Made by a program: the position numbers and the translations under genes
Shown here: piece after piece, positions 9,588 through 18,268 of the stretch
Layout of the letters: every line of letters starts with the position of its first letter
Position numbering within the stretch: position 1 is the first letter of the stretch
The notes under the pieces: model-generated
What the model was told of the DNA's origin: nothing
The model's input: only the letters and a program-made list of their open reading frames with translations
The model's database searches: none
NCBI GenBank assembly: GCA_964595645.1
Contig: CAZQQT010000011.1
Span: 2,064 to 66,063, forward strand
Length of the DNA: 64,000 nucleotides
Direction of reading: 5' to 3'
Source of the DNA: an uncultured Thermococci archaeon
GTDB lineage: Archaea; Methanobacteriota_B; Thermococci; Methanofastidiosales; B48-G16

Positions 9588-11240
9588 TTAGTGGATGGAG
9601 ACAACGAAGGTAAGCTCCCTCTTCTCCGACCCGTCATCTGCAGTGATCACAATCTCAGCTTCAGCTCCACTTTGTGCATTTGAAGGCGGGATTACCGTGA
9701 CGAGTATTTCCTTAGAAAAATAGTTGGACGAGTCTATCGTGATCTCATCATTGGAGAGAAAAACCTTCCACCCTTGAGGAGCAGTGATAATCAATGAAAC
9801 ACAGTATTCTTCCGGGCTTCCGTGCCAGTCTTCTCTCTCAACGTAAGCAAAAAATGAGATGATATCTCTCTTATCAATAGATTCCGATATCTCGGTCTTT
9901 TTTTCTGGGAGAGAAGAAACTTCCCGCGTTGAATTATGTGCTTCATTGAACGATCCAATATTAGTGATCCCGATATTACTGGGATACTGTATATGTTGTG
10001 GCATGAGTACCGTTTCTGGCACCAGGCTCGATCGCGGCATCCAGTACGAGGACTCAAACTCGATAAATCCTTTCTCTGGAAGATAGACTGAAATCCACGC
10101 GTGAGCTGCTGCTGATTCATAATCCGAGTCTGCAACGTATCCATGCGACATCTTTGCTGGGATCCCTACAGCCCGCAGTAATGCGATAGAGAGGTTCGCA
10201 AAGTTCACGCAGTTGCCCTTTTTGTACGTGAGCGTTCGTTTCGCATCGATGAAGAGAACTCTCTCACATTTCATGAGATCTTTTGAACAAGTATACTCTA
10301 TGTGATACCGCACCCAGTTTAATATTTTTACTGTCGCGTCCATCGCTGACTCCGATCCTTGAACGAGACCCTCTGCGAGCGCCTCTATTTCGGGATCATC
10401 GGACTGAATATTCGGTTCGGAGTTGAGATATTGGAGGATATCTGTATTCAAAGGATAACTCGACTGTGTAATAAACGGAGAGTATCGAACAGTATTTGAA
10501 CACTTTACCTGCCGTGTCACCGTTATCTCCGATGGTGGATCTGTCCATTCTGCTCTTTCGTACCGTGCATCGTCTTCCTTTCTCGTTGTTATACTATCGG
10601 GATCTTTGCTGTACTCAGTAGTCTGTTCCAGTACCTTCTGTGAGAAGTGATACCTCGATACTGAGGGAACAAGAGGGACGTTTACATACACATTGTTTTC
10701 GTTTCCTGGCTCTAGAGAAATAGTATATGTATAATCTGTGATCTGTACAAAACGACCGTCCAACGTATAGAAAAACGATGTCTCTGGAGAAGGTGTAGTT
10801 GTGGGAGAAGGTGTAGTGGGTACTGGTGTTTCTGATGAGGTCACCGTGATCTTCTTCGAAAAATGTCCAGTTGATACCTCCATCTCTCCTGCTGTATCCA
10901 AAACCTCCTCAAACATGACTGTTTTGTAACTCTTCGCCTCCAGTTCTACTTTCTTATTTCTTATTTTTATCCCAATGCCCACCACAATCTCACAGGACAC
11001 CGCTGAGTCTTCTCTATTTTGTACATCGACGAGAATAGTGAGTGTATCTCCTACCGTTGGATTTTCAGGGCTGACACGGAGATCAACAATTTCATAATGT
11101 GTGGAATCGTCTTCAGTTCCTTTTGGTGATTTTGTTGGCGTTTCAGTTTCAGTCTGTGTAGATATACACCCTGAAAGGACAATAAATGTTATAAAGAATA
11201 GTGCTACACTTTTTTTAAAAATAGTTAGTTTTTCATTCAC
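9588..11240 (-). CDS. Secreted transglutaminase-like cysteine-protease-domain protein with a PT-rich linker
   Basis: Lipoprotein-like signal (LSGCIS), a TPVPTTPSPTTTPSPE linker, and the transglutaminase core GNCVNFANLSIALLRAVGIPAKMSHGY. Confidence 0.7.
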   Translation of the reverse strand: MNEKLTIFKKSVALFFITFIVLSGCISTQTETETPTKSPKGTEDDSTHYEIVDLRVSPENPTVGDTLTILVDVQNREDSAVSCEIVVGIGIKIRNKKVELEAKSYKTVMFEEVLDTAGEMEVSTGHFSKKITVTSSETPVPTTPSPTTTPSPETSFFYTLDGRFVQITDYTYTISLEPGNENNVYVNVPLVPSVSRYHFSQKVLEQTTEYSKDPDSITTRKEDDARYERAEWTDPPSEITVTRQVKCSNTVRYSPFITQSSYPLNTDILQYLNSEPNIQSDDPEIEALAEGLVQGSESAMDATVKILNWVRYHIEYTCSKDLMKCERVLFIDAKRTLTYKKGNCVNFANLSIALLRAVGIPAKMSHGYVADSDYESAAAHAWISVYLPEKGFIEFESSYWMPRSSLVPETVLMPQHIQYPSNIGITNIGSFNEAHNSTREVSSLPEKKTEISESIDKRDIISFFAYVEREDWHGSPEEYCVSLIITAPQGWKVFLSNDEITIDSSNYFSKEILVTVIPPSNAQSGAEAEIVITADDGSEKRELTFVVSIH

Positions 11241-11290
11241 AACAACTGTGTGTACCGTATATTTTTATATTTTTCGAAGATATGGCAACG

Positions 11291-11719
11291 TTATACTTTG
11301 TCACTTTCTCTTTTTGAATAGTAATAAATATCATCGTGGAACGTGTATCCCAGTCTTTGAAAGAGTTTTTTCGATATATCGTTATAATCCTCAATAAGTA
11401 CAGCCCAGATCTTTATTCCTTCCTCTTCAAACCACTTTTCCCCATGTTTCACGAGCTGCGAGGCGACTCCTTTCCTCTGAAATGATGGGAGTACTGCCAG
11501 CCTATTTATCCATCCTTTTCTCCCCTCGTGATTCACAATCACAACACCTATTAACGTCTCCTTCTCAAAAGCACCTAAGAAAAGAACATGATTATCACTC
11601 ATCTGTCGCCGGATATTCTCTCTGCTGTCCCTCCCATACGGTTTGAACGGAAGTCCAGATTCCTTCCATACATTGATTATACTGTCATAGTCCTCAAACT
11701 CCAGCGCTCGTATCTCCAT
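11291..11719 (-). CDS. GNAT-family N-acetyltransferase
   Basis: Motif A: RKGWINRLAVLPSFQRKGVASQLV. Confidence 0.75.
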   Translation of the reverse strand: MEIRALEFEDYDSIINVWKESGLPFKPYGRDSRENIRRQMSDNHVLFLGAFEKETLIGVVIVNHEGRKGWINRLAVLPSFQRKGVASQLVKHGEKWFEEEGIKIWAVLIEDYNDISKKLFQRLGYTFHDDIYYYSKRESDKV

Positions 11720-11749
11720 ACCGCAAATAACAGTTCCTACAATATAAAG

Positions 11750-12835
11750 TTACTCATTCTTTTTCTTATTGAGGACGCCCAGAACTACAAAGACAAAAAG
11801 AAGCGAGAGTACAATGAGGCCGAAAACTGTTTGCGTCCCCGTGATTTTCTCAGCGGTATATCGCAGTATAAGGTACGCAGACGAGAAGCTCACAAGCCCG
11901 AAGAAAAACAGAACCACATGATACCAGTAGTGTATAGACTCTTTGATATACGCTCTTAATACATTGGAGGTGAGTGCCATAAGCACACCAATATACAAAT
12001 ACGGGAAACTGTATTCAAGAATAAATCCCACAGCATACACAATGGCCTTTGTGCTTATATACGGTAATTTATCCCACGGAGTAAACGCAACTCCTCGGTA
12101 TATTCCCACAGCGCCTAATACGCCGCTGGAAATGTAAAGGAAATAGTTAAAGTTTTTAGGCGTGAGGTATTCCTCCAGCCCAAATCCCTTCATGAAGAGA
12201 AAGATTCCTGAAACAATACCCACTCCCACCCATCCAAAGGCGGCACTCCATGGAGTATCATAAATAGTGAAATTTATTTCCTCAAGAAAAGACGATATCG
12301 CGATTATAAGGAGTATCACACCTGGAAGTCCAAAAACCAGTCCGGCTGTTTTTCTATCCTCGAGAAGGTTCTCTAGGTATCGTTGAAGAATAAAGTAGGT
12401 GTCCTCAATACTCTCACTCTGCTGAATCACAAGCCGCTCTTTTGAAAGAATATCCACCCTTGATTCAATAATGGGAATCACATTTTCGTCCTCTCTCCCG
12501 TCGGACACGAAGATAACAGCATCGGCATCAAACTCTCGTAATACTTCGTCCAACTGCTCAGAAATGATGGTATCTGATACTATTCCGGTCTCTTTATCCC
12601 CGGTCAGTGCAGCAATGTCCATTTTTCTAAATTGATCCTTGTACTCCTCGTATATCTTCACTGAGTCAAAAAGCACGTTCATATCAGACTCCGTTGGATC
12701 CTTCAAACCGAGGTTAACAGCGGTATTCATAACGTTTTCCTTACCAATGATGGGGCCTTTCACGCCCGCTTTTGCCCCAATATCGTTGTCTCTGTCCACG
12801 GAGAGAACGAGGACTTTTTTGTTTGACCTCATCAC
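11750..12835 (-). CDS. Membrane protein with an N-terminal ~170-aa soluble domain (DUF373-like)
   Basis: N-terminal VLVLSVDRDNDIG...VIFVSDGRED, followed by 5-6 predicted TM helices. Confidence 0.45.
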   Translation of the reverse strand: MMRSNKKVLVLSVDRDNDIGAKAGVKGPIIGKENVMNTAVNLGLKDPTESDMNVLFDSVKIYEEYKDQFRKMDIAALTGDKETGIVSDTIISEQLDEVLREFDADAVIFVSDGREDENVIPIIESRVDILSKERLVIQQSESIEDTYFILQRYLENLLEDRKTAGLVFGLPGVILLIIAISSFLEEINFTIYDTPWSAAFGWVGVGIVSGIFLFMKGFGLEEYLTPKNFNYFLYISSGVLGAVGIYRGVAFTPWDKLPYISTKAIVYAVGFILEYSFPYLYIGVLMALTSNVLRAYIKESIHYWYHVVLFFFGLVSFSSAYLILRYTAEKITGTQTVFGLIVLSLLFVFVVLGVLNKKKNE

Positions 12836-12897
12836 GCTTTTTATATTTCCTATATTTAAATAGTTTTTTATTTGAAATTACACTGACAGATATGTAT

Positions 12898-14502
12898 TTA
12901 CAGCCTCTTGCCCATATATGGTCCAACTCTCCTGTATCCAAACTTCCGATAGTACTCTCTTACACCTATTCCTGACGTCACAAGGATTTTCTTCATCCCC
13001 TGCTGCTGACCTACTTCTTCTGCATTTTCCAAGAGACGTTTACCGAACTGTTTGTGCTGCCATCCCCTCGATGTTCTTTCTCCAAGTGAGAGCATCTGCC
13101 CATACACATGCAGTTCCCTCACCAGGCAGGTATCTTTTGTAATCTCATTTCTAAAAGGAGCGTAGGGGATCCTGAGCCTCAAAAATCCAATGAGAATATC
13201 CTTCTCAGCATCCTCAAAACTAATGAAGAACTCCCTTCCTCCAGAGGCAGTGTACTCCTCCACGAGAAGCTGCACATCCTCAGGGGTGACACCCTTCTTG
13301 TAGTGTTTTAAGCCTGCCTCTCTACAACGGATACAATTACACTGGATGTTCCGCGCTTCGAGTTCTTGATAAACGAGAGAGCCCAAATCCGAACGGTCGA
13401 CCCCAGCATCGATCTCCTGTGTTGGGATATCCCGCTGGATCCGCATAGTCCGCACCCACTTGGGCATGACTTTTTTCACTTCTACAATCACCTTTCGTGC
13501 TTCTTCCGTTGTATATGGTTTAAAATTCCCTTTTTTCCATTCTCCGTAGATTTCTGTCCCTTTCACCACCAAGCAGGGATAGAATTTTACCATATCAGGT
13601 TTAAATCGTTTATCGGTGAAGATCTGTCTGAATGCTTGAATGTCTCGTTCTATAGTTGATCCAGGGAGACCAGGCATGAGATGGTAGTTTATCTTAAGAC
13701 CCGCGTCTTTGAGTAACTGTGTTGACTCCACCACATCCTCTACCGTATGACCCCGGTCTATCCTCCTATAAATGGAATCGTAGATGTTTTGAACACCTAA
13801 CTCTACACGTGTCACGCCGAAATCGAGCATCCGCGAGATATGTTGTTCTTTACACCAGTCAGGTCGTGTCTCAAAGGTGATGCCCACACAGCGTACCTTG
13901 GAGTGCTCGTTCTTTCTCTGTGCTTCCTCCAGGATTCTCGAGGTACGCTCATTGTAAAAGGAATTCATGGCATCGAGACACCGTTTCACAAAGTACTCTT
14001 GATAATCCAGACACTCAGAAGGAAACGTGCCTCCCATGACGATAAGCTCTACTTTATCGATGGGGTGTCCTATTCTGTCCAACTGTGCCAGTCTGTCCAT
14101 TGTTTGGTCGTAGGGATCGAAATTATGTTGTATCGCACGGAGTGAAGCTGGCTCCTTCCCTGTATAACTCTGACACGCGTTCTCTCCTCGGGGACAGTAT
14201 GCACACCGCCCGTGGGGACACTCCTTCGGTCGCGTCATCACCGCCACAACAGCAACTCCTGAGAGCGTTCTCATTGGCTTTTTTCGCAGAACTCTCACTA
14301 TCTTCGGATCATCGGTGAATTGGAGAATCTCTGAGTTTTTCGGGACTCTGTCGAGATGAAACTTTTTGCACGCCTCTATCTTCAGTTTTTGAACGTCTAC
14401 ATCGTAGTCGCGTTCTTCTATCCTCTCGAGGACATACCGAGCTACTTCTTCACTCATAGACATACTCCGCACCACACTCTGTACACACAAATCGGTCGTC
14501 AT
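12898..14502 (-). CDS. elp3: Elp3-type tRNA uridine(34) acetyltransferase (radical SAM plus GNAT)
   Basis: KPMRTLSGVAVVAVMTRPKECPHGRCAYCP radical-SAM cluster region and a C-terminal GNAT motif (QHKQFGKRLLENAEE). Confidence 0.85.
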   Translation of the reverse strand: MTTDLCVQSVVRSMSMSEEVARYVLERIEERDYDVDVQKLKIEACKKFHLDRVPKNSEILQFTDDPKIVRVLRKKPMRTLSGVAVVAVMTRPKECPHGRCAYCPRGENACQSYTGKEPASLRAIQHNFDPYDQTMDRLAQLDRIGHPIDKVELIVMGGTFPSECLDYQEYFVKRCLDAMNSFYNERTSRILEEAQRKNEHSKVRCVGITFETRPDWCKEQHISRMLDFGVTRVELGVQNIYDSIYRRIDRGHTVEDVVESTQLLKDAGLKINYHLMPGLPGSTIERDIQAFRQIFTDKRFKPDMVKFYPCLVVKGTEIYGEWKKGNFKPYTTEEARKVIVEVKKVMPKWVRTMRIQRDIPTQEIDAGVDRSDLGSLVYQELEARNIQCNCIRCREAGLKHYKKGVTPEDVQLLVEEYTASGGREFFISFEDAEKDILIGFLRLRIPYAPFRNEITKDTCLVRELHVYGQMLSLGERTSRGWQHKQFGKRLLENAEEVGQQQGMKKILVTSGIGVREYYRKFGYRRVGPYMGKRL

Positions 14503-15247
14503 ATGCCTCTAGTACGCCCCCGCACTCAGGACACTGTACCTCCTCTTCCTCCTCCCGTAGATAGGAGAGTGTGATAATATTTGCAACAAGAGGTAACACG
14601 AACATCATCATGAGGGGGAAGTACAGTAGCTCATAGAACACAATGACCACACTGAGAATGAGGAGAAAGAGTGACGACATATACACAACAAATGACCTAA
14701 AAGGGATCTCAGTAACCCTCCGTACGCTCTCAAGAAACGCAGGAATAAAGTTATTCTCGTCCAACACAATGCTTGGGAGCGTGTAGAGAAAAAAGAAGGT
14801 GAATGCAAAAATTGTGATATGTGCATATTTTCCTGGTAAGAGAGAAATTGTGAGATATGCAAGTAGCGCGTAAAAGATTAAAAGTAAAACAAACGGTAAA
14901 AAACTCTTGTATGCCACCCTCGTTGCCTTCTCAAGGGAAGATACCCCCTCTATTTCTTCCTTAATATATCCAATTGTGACTCCTACGCTAAAAAGTAAGA
15001 ATAAAAGATATGTAGAAAGGTAAAGAAGAAGCATTCTTAGTTCGAGAGGGAAAGTGATATCGCGTAACGCAGAAATAAGTGTTTCCCACCGCACCAGCAT
15101 CTTTAGTTCGAACGCCACTCCTGTCTCTACACCAGTGATGTAAATAAACCCGGTCATGAAAAGAGTTGGCACAATAAAAGGAACGAGAATTTGTAGATTC
15201 TCGGCATAATTTATGAGGGACACGAGGAGCGTTTCTTTAAGGTCCAT
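14450..15247 (-). CDS. Polytopic membrane protein with a C-terminal CxxC-x15-CxxC zinc ribbon
   Basis: Several hydrophobic helices, then CPECGGVLEAYDDRFVCTECG. Overlaps the elp3 start by ~50 nt. Confidence 0.5.
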   Translation of the reverse strand: MDLKETLLVSLINYAENLQILVPFIVPTLFMTGFIYITGVETGVAFELKMLVRWETLISALRDITFPLELRMLLLYLSTYLLFLLFSVGVTIGYIKEEIEGVSSLEKATRVAYKSFLPFVLLLIFYALLAYLTISLLPGKYAHITIFAFTFFFLYTLPSIVLDENNFIPAFLESVRRVTEIPFRSFVVYMSSLFLLILSVVIVFYELLYFPLMMMFVLPLVANIITLSYLREEEEEVQCPECGGVLEAYDDRFVCTECGAEYVYE

Positions 15248-15306
15248 GTGCTTCCATATTGGGTTGTGCTTATTAATATTTTGTTGGGTACAGAAGAAAA
15301 GATTCT

Positions 15307-18228
15307 CTACTCTAACGGTTCAATGAAGATCGGTGTATCTGCAACCGTCACTGCATCTACACTCACTTTCTGTGTATGCCCATAGATATCGGTGACGAGA
15401 ACCGTACCTTCTAGCGCTTTCGGGAGATCTTTTCCGCCCCATAGTACATACACTGGTTGTCCATTAACAGTGAATTTGTACTGTCCTTCGGTCACACGTA
15501 TGTTCCATGTGCCGTCTTCTTCATGACCTCGAAATATCTGTTCGTTCAACACCTCAACAGTCTCAAAGTGATCTAACATGTGAATGGTTGTTTTCACTGC
15601 GTAAAAAAGATCTGTCTTTTCATCATTCGAATTGATTAATGCGGAAGCATCGCCGAACGGTGGATTCGCGTCCGGAACGCCTGGTATTGGAGATTTAAAA
15701 TTCACAATGAACAGTTTATCGTATCCTTGTGCAAGAGCATACGTTATATACTTGGTCATGATCTTTGCGTATTCTTCGGAGGATAGACTCGGCGTTTCGT
15801 TGGTATTTTCAAATTGGGTTTCGGTAACCCACCACGGGATATCTGTAAGTTCTCTTTTTGACATCTCTTCCTTAAAAGTACATATTTTAAGAACAGACCC
15901 CCTCCCACTAACCTCGTGGATATTCGCGATATCAAAATACGCTGTTGCTCCCATATCAAATAACGTATCCCAGTACGGATTATCAACGGCTGAAACCATT
16001 CCCGATTGTACTATTTTGCCATCAAGATTAGCTTCTCTTATCGTTTCGTAACTCATTTTTAGGATACTAAAGTAATTTTCCTCCGATCCACTAAAAAAAT
16101 CTTTGACTTCTACTTCATTGCCAATCGCAAAATACTCGACGGGATATTTCAGGCATGTCATGTCATCGATACCGTCCATATCATACCGTTCGGCAAATTT
16201 TCTCAATCGTTCTTTCACCGGATTACAATTCTCTACCAGCTGATTCACAAAAACTTCCTGCACGAACCAGATGCCATTCAGCTGCGCTTTCATAATATAC
16301 ATGTCAAATTGTTTGAGTAGTTTCTCGAACTCATTGTCACTCATTGTTTCGAGAGCATTCATATCCAACATCATGGAAATTGTTCTTTCCCAGACGAGAC
16401 CAGCATCTACCAAGTCCTGGTGATATGCAGGATCGGAGTGGATGATGTCGAAATGGGATGCCTTGTTCCTCTCGATTGTGTGCTGCGATACTGACGTGCT
16501 GCAGTACTCATCGAGAAGTCGATCGTTCTCCTCCTGATTGACTGCATATCTCTCCTTAGTATCTTTTTCCATTATATCATATTCCTCTTTATTGGTGGTA
16601 GCCCGTATAATCACGAGTACCAAAATTAGTGATGCAAGAAAAATAACAAAAAATGGCTTTTTCCGTTTCCCTCTACCGATTTTAAGATACAAGAGGAAAA
16701 GAGCAATTACTATTCCAATTAAGGCGAAGTACGCTTTATTGCCAGATTTATCCGGTTCCCTGCTGGGTGACGGTGTTTTTTGCGTTTCTTTCTCATCCTT
16801 TTCTGGAGGTGCTGTTTCCTCTGGTTCTGGGGACTCCGTTACCACCTCTTTTGGTGGGGCTGTTTCCTCTGACTCTTCTTTCTCTTCGGGTAATCCCGTT
16901 ACTTCCACCCCATCGATGGTATTCGTCCCTACCTCAAACAGATCAATGAACCTCTCGTCTTCCACAAGAACGAGTACCGATTCGCCCTCATACTCCCAGT
17001 CCTCTGGGTGTGCTGTGGTATCATGATCCTCATAATCCTCATAATGAATGGGATCGCCACCGTTGTGAGTAATCGTATTGCTTTTGATAGTAACCGTTCC
17101 CACGCGCGAAGTGAACACATGAAATACAGACACTCTATTGTGGTGAATGGTGTTATCTCGTATTGTAGTATTGGTAGACTCACCATGTTCAAGGTAAAAA
17201 TGCTCGTCCCAGCAGATCGCTCCCTCACCGTTATGGTGAATTTCATTGTTGCACATCACGGTATTGGATGAGGATGCAAGGTAGATTCCAAACCTATCGT
17301 TGTAACTGATCTCATTATCGCGTATCTCAAAATTATGAACCCTCTCCTCGAACATAATGCCATTACTCCCACCAGTAGTATCTCTGCGATGTCTGTTCTC
17401 GCTGATAAGATTGTCGTGTATTTCGCCATTCCGCGCTTTGACAAGCCAGAGACCTTGTTCGCCGTTACGTAGTACTGTATTGTGCGCGATCTCGATGTCC
17501 TCCACGTACTCAAGCTCACCGTGTGTCACACCGATGCCATCGCTGTTCGAGTTGATCACCGTGTTGCCGATGATTCGTACATGGTTGCAGCCGTCGGTGC
17601 GTATTCCCTGCGATCGTCCGTCACCATAATCTTCTCCTTGCTTTAACGCCACTAACAATGCTTTATTGTCAAAGAAGATACTCAGACCGTTGTCTTGCAC
17701 ATGGTTGTCTCTGATCTCAACGTTGTCAGCATTAAATACACTGATAAAATAGGAACGGTGACTCTCCCTTACCGTATTATTGCGAATAGACACGTGGTCC
17801 ATTCTTCTATCATGGCTACAGACACGGAATCCATAATCATTATTACTGATTGTATTATCGTAAATTTCTACGTGTTTTGCGCCGAAAACAAGAATTGCTC
17901 CCGTCTCGAAGGGGTCTCTCATCATTGCTAGGTTCGCGTCGCCCTCGCCTCTCCGTATTCTTTCCTGGATCTTCTCAGAGATCGCCGTACCGCAGTCGTG
18001 GACGTAGTTGTTCCGGATCACGACGTACTCCACATTCCTTATCTGGATTCCTGGACCATCGGGGTTACTGATCTCGTACCCTTCGACGATATAGGGATTA
18101 TCGAGGGAGCTTGGTACATTTTCTATAATAATTGGATCATGGAGCCGATATGAGGAGTTAGAAACAGTCGAAGGGACAGCAGAGAAGACAATGATAAAAC
18201 TTATGAGCACGCAACGAAAGCATTTCAT
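15307..18228 (-). CDS. Surface protein: signal peptide, right-handed parallel beta-helix (PbH1/NosD-like) domain, acidic PE-rich linker, TM hairpin, and a C-terminal clan GH-A glycosidase-like TIM-barrel domain
   Basis: The track ORF runs to 18321. Start is placed at the internal ATG at 18228 because MKCFRCVLISFIIVFSAVPS is a signal peptide, and this removes the overlap with the upstream paralog. PbH1 repeats (IRNNYVHDCG, IRDNHVQDNG, IIGNTVINSN, IAHNTVLRNG, IHDNLISEN...). TM1 is YFALIGIVIALFLLYL, followed by a KIGRGKRKK loop and TM2 FFVIFLASLILVLVII. GH-A motifs FAIGNEVE (acid/base) and WWVTETQF (nucleophile). Confidence 0.6.
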   Translation of the reverse strand: MKCFRCVLISFIIVFSAVPSTVSNSSYRLHDPIIIENVPSSLDNPYIVEGYEISNPDGPGIQIRNVEYVVIRNNYVHDCGTAISEKIQERIRRGEGDANLAMMRDPFETGAILVFGAKHVEIYDNTISNNDYGFRVCSHDRRMDHVSIRNNTVRESHRSYFISVFNADNVEIRDNHVQDNGLSIFFDNKALLVALKQGEDYGDGRSQGIRTDGCNHVRIIGNTVINSNSDGIGVTHGELEYVEDIEIAHNTVLRNGEQGLWLVKARNGEIHDNLISENRHRRDTTGGSNGIMFEERVHNFEIRDNEISYNDRFGIYLASSSNTVMCNNEIHHNGEGAICWDEHFYLEHGESTNTTIRDNTIHHNRVSVFHVFTSRVGTVTIKSNTITHNGGDPIHYEDYEDHDTTAHPEDWEYEGESVLVLVEDERFIDLFEVGTNTIDGVEVTGLPEEKEESEETAPPKEVVTESPEPEETAPPEKDEKETQKTPSPSREPDKSGNKAYFALIGIVIALFLLYLKIGRGKRKKPFFVIFLASLILVLVIIRATTNKEEYDIMEKDTKERYAVNQEENDRLLDEYCSTSVSQHTIERNKASHFDIIHSDPAYHQDLVDAGLVWERTISMMLDMNALETMSDNEFEKLLKQFDMYIMKAQLNGIWFVQEVFVNQLVENCNPVKERLRKFAERYDMDGIDDMTCLKYPVEYFAIGNEVEVKDFFSGSEENYFSILKMSYETIREANLDGKIVQSGMVSAVDNPYWDTLFDMGATAYFDIANIHEVSGRGSVLKICTFKEEMSKRELTDIPWWVTETQFENTNETPSLSSEEYAKIMTKYITYALAQGYDKLFIVNFKSPIPGVPDANPPFGDASALINSNDEKTDLFYAVKTTIHMLDHFETVEVLNEQIFRGHEEDGTWNIRVTEGQYKFTVNGQPVYVLWGGKDLPKALEGTVLVTDIYGHTQKVSVDAVTVADTPIFIEPLE
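16780..16951. repeat. Repeat block R1, copy A (linker region)
   Basis: About 98% identical to 18414..18584. Checked by eye; two mismatches. Confidence 0.8.
17364..17622. repeat. Repeat block R2, copy A (beta-helix core)
   Basis: 259 bp, apparently 100% identical to 19027..19285. Checked line by line. Confidence 0.85.
17939..18144. repeat. Repeat block R3, copy A (N-terminal beta-helix region)
   Basis: About 93% identical to 19602..19807. Confidence 0.7.
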
Positions 18229-18268
18229 AGAAATCTTATCTTCAAGAAGATACATAAAAATCTTGCTA

